Below, in pieces: positions 61,990-64,000 of a DNA stretch of 64,000 bases; the stretch's first letter is position 1; each line of letters starts with the position of its first letter. The DNA lies in the NCBI GenBank assembly GCA_035084275.1, contig CM068752.1:7688001-7752000 (forward strand), given 5' to 3'. The translations under genes were made by a program, and so were the position numbers. The notes under the pieces are model-generated. The model saw only the letters and a list, made by a program, of their open reading frames with translations. It searched no databases and was not told the origin of the DNA. The stretch is from Hydrolagus colliei. Its lineage: Eukaryota.

Positions 61990-63534
61990 CTGTGGGGAAC
62001 ACAGAGATAATAATAATAATAATCCTCACATTTGGTACTGCACTTTATCTCGTCTTGGTAACGTCTCAAAGGTCTTCACTGACTATATCATACAGTGTAT
62101 CCATTGTGTATTTTGTGGGCGAAACACAGCAGTCAATTTTGGCACAGACAAACAGTCATTGTCTGGCAATCCCTGATGTGCCCACACCCCCGTCTCTCTC
62201 TCTCCGTCTCTGCCAGAATCTTTCTGGTTCCAACCCTCTCCGCAATCTTCCTGTGAACTTCCATGTCCTGTTCCTCCCAAACTCCAAACCTCTCCACCCT
62301 CCTCCCGGCGTCCCTTACTGGGAAATTAATTCTCAGCCTCACCATCTCTTCCTCCACCCTCACTCTAACCTCCGCTCTTCTCCTCTCTGGCCCCCGGCCT
62401 TAGTATTACCTGACCACAAAACCAATGGTTACATAATCCCCAGAGCTGACATCAATGTTGGTTGGAATCCAACACCACCCATAAAGTTATGAATCTGAGC
62501 GGGTATTACAGTGACATCTGACACTCCCGGACCCTAACCAGACCCCAGGAGAACAAGCCCAGTACATACAGGAACAGGGGTAGGTCATTCAGCCCTCGAG
62601 CCTATTCTACCATTCTGTTAGATCATGGCTTATCTGTAAATCAACTCCAATTACCCCTGATACGCTGACATCACACTGTACCAATGGACCCTCACCCCTG
62701 GGACCACACCATGATGACGATGATATCTGGCAACTGCGCACAGAGTGAGGCATTTGAAGAGAAACAGACCCAGATGCGGGGCGGGTGGGGGGTGGGGGTA
62801 GGGTGGGGAAGACTTCTGGTCAGCTCATCGTGTCTCACTAACAACCAAGTCAGGTATTTTTCAGCAATAAAATACTTACATTTGATATAATGGCTTATCA
62901 TGTTGTTGAGACACGTCAAGTTACTTCAGAAACTACACTGTAAAGTGTAGACATTGTGCGTATTTTGTGTGGGCAAAACGTGGCAGCTAATTGCACCTAG
63001 CAGCATCCCACAAGCCTCCGTGGAGCGACTGATCACATTCTGATTGAGAGTCTGGGAGAGGTTGATTGGGAGGGAGCTTGGGAAGAATTTTGGAGCTTGG
63101 GAAGAATGAGGGATTTCCAGCCACACCCAACAAAGGTGACTAAATCAGGGCTTTGGGATTTCCCTTCATGATTACTATCCAGAGAGGGCAGGGAATAGGG
63201 TTAGAGTGGAGAGCTCCAGTGGGGGAGCTCTCCACCAGCACAGACACGATGTAGAGAGCAGACCAATTTCAGTAAACTCATCTGTTTCTCTGCAGCAGTG
63301 AACGTGTTACTGCCCGAGAGATCAGGAAACAGAGCGCATTCACACAAAAATCTGAATAAAAATAACAATATTTATTATTGCATCTGAAATAGTGCCTCGT
63401 CGCAATGAGAAGTCTCCCAAGTGCTTCACAAAATATACTGCAAAGTGCAGTAGTGACTTGTTCATTTTGTGGGTGAAACGCAGCTGCCAATTACGCAGAA
63501 ATACAAGCAGTGTAAAAAGTATGGGAGCCGGTAC

Positions 63535-63629
63535 CTGCTCTGACCACGAGCGTTGCCGGTCTCAGTGGTGCCAGTGCTAACGGTGTCCTGGTTGTGGTTC
63601 AGTAAGGTGTTCTGCTGCTCGTCCTCCAT
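63535..63629 (-). CDS. CD74: MHC class II invariant chain, exon 1 (95 nt): MEDEQQNTLLNHNQDTVSTGTTETGNARGQS; acidic dileucine-type sorting motif
   Basis: ATG at 63629; donor AG|gtaccg (phase 2) joins exon 2 in frame; EDEQQNTLL resembles the CD74 endosomal sorting signal. Confidence 0.85.
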
Positions 63630-63764
63630 AGCTGCGATTCTCGGCTTCAAACTGTGAGACTGACTCGCTCTGCTCTGAAATAGGCTGTGCGACACTCCGA
63701 CACTCACTCTTGTACTGAGCAGAGGCGTCAACACATTCAGACCAAGACCCCAGCGACCAACAAA

Positions 63765-63802
63765 AAAAGGAAGTTGACTCTGGTGAATTCTGGAAAGTCC
63801 CC
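63765..63802 (-). promoter_or_regulatory. CD74 proximal promoter: canonical NF-kB site GGGGACTTTCC (63792-63802) and Ets/PU.1 site AAAAGGAAGT (63765-63774)
   Basis: Exact consensus matches 135-175 nt upstream of the CD74 ATG. Confidence 0.65.
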
Positions 63803-64000
63803 ACCTTAACTATGCACTAAACATCACCACCGAATATAAGCAGCCTGGCTTCACAGGCTCTAACTGTACTGCTCATTACATCACCTCTGAAGGTTTCTAT
63901 TGTATCAGCTTCAATAGCCTTTTTGGTGGTAATGAGTTCTATAGTATAATGATAATCCTTGCATTTTATACAGCACCTTATCGCGTCGTTGAGACGTCTC

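Noticed and set aside
63630-63734. Open frame upstream of the CD74 ATG (p35-like N-terminal extension)
   Set aside because: No upstream ATG, only TTG; probably 5' UTR.
63855-63900. X2-like TGATGTAA upstream of CD74
   Set aside because: No convincing X1 box or correctly spaced Y (ATTGG) box.

Overview
Vertebrate genomic DNA, very likely a cartilaginous fish and probably a holocephalan such as elephant shark. This is inferred from the DeuSINE-like SINE family, shark-type CR1 3' ends, a Penelope-derived palindrome and a chondrichthyan-type tandem repeat. Three genes lie on the minus strand in the mammalian order: CAMK2A exons 1-3 (the gene runs off the left edge), a complete two-exon ARSI (567 aa) and a complete ten-exon CD74 invariant chain (323 aa). 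The first eight CD74 exons are solid; the last two are less certain. No TCOF1 exons are recognisable between ARSI and CD74, where tetrapods carry it, though a 677-N gap lies at 53255-53931. Non-coding DNA is dense with dozens of tRNA-derived SINE copies plus CR1/L2 fragments and microsatellites. The best findings are: (1) a frameshifted US22/SUKH-family (DNA-virus-type) gene fragment fused to a SINE in CAMK2A intron 2, absent from the ORF track; (2) an extra CD74 exon encoding a second Met-rich CLIP-like segment; (3) a young CpG-rich hAT MITE with a perfect 8-bp TSD and a perfect NRF1 motif; (4) a Penelope-type palindrome with degenerate hammerhead ribozyme cores in the ARSI intron. All family assignments are by eye and from memory; no searches were run.
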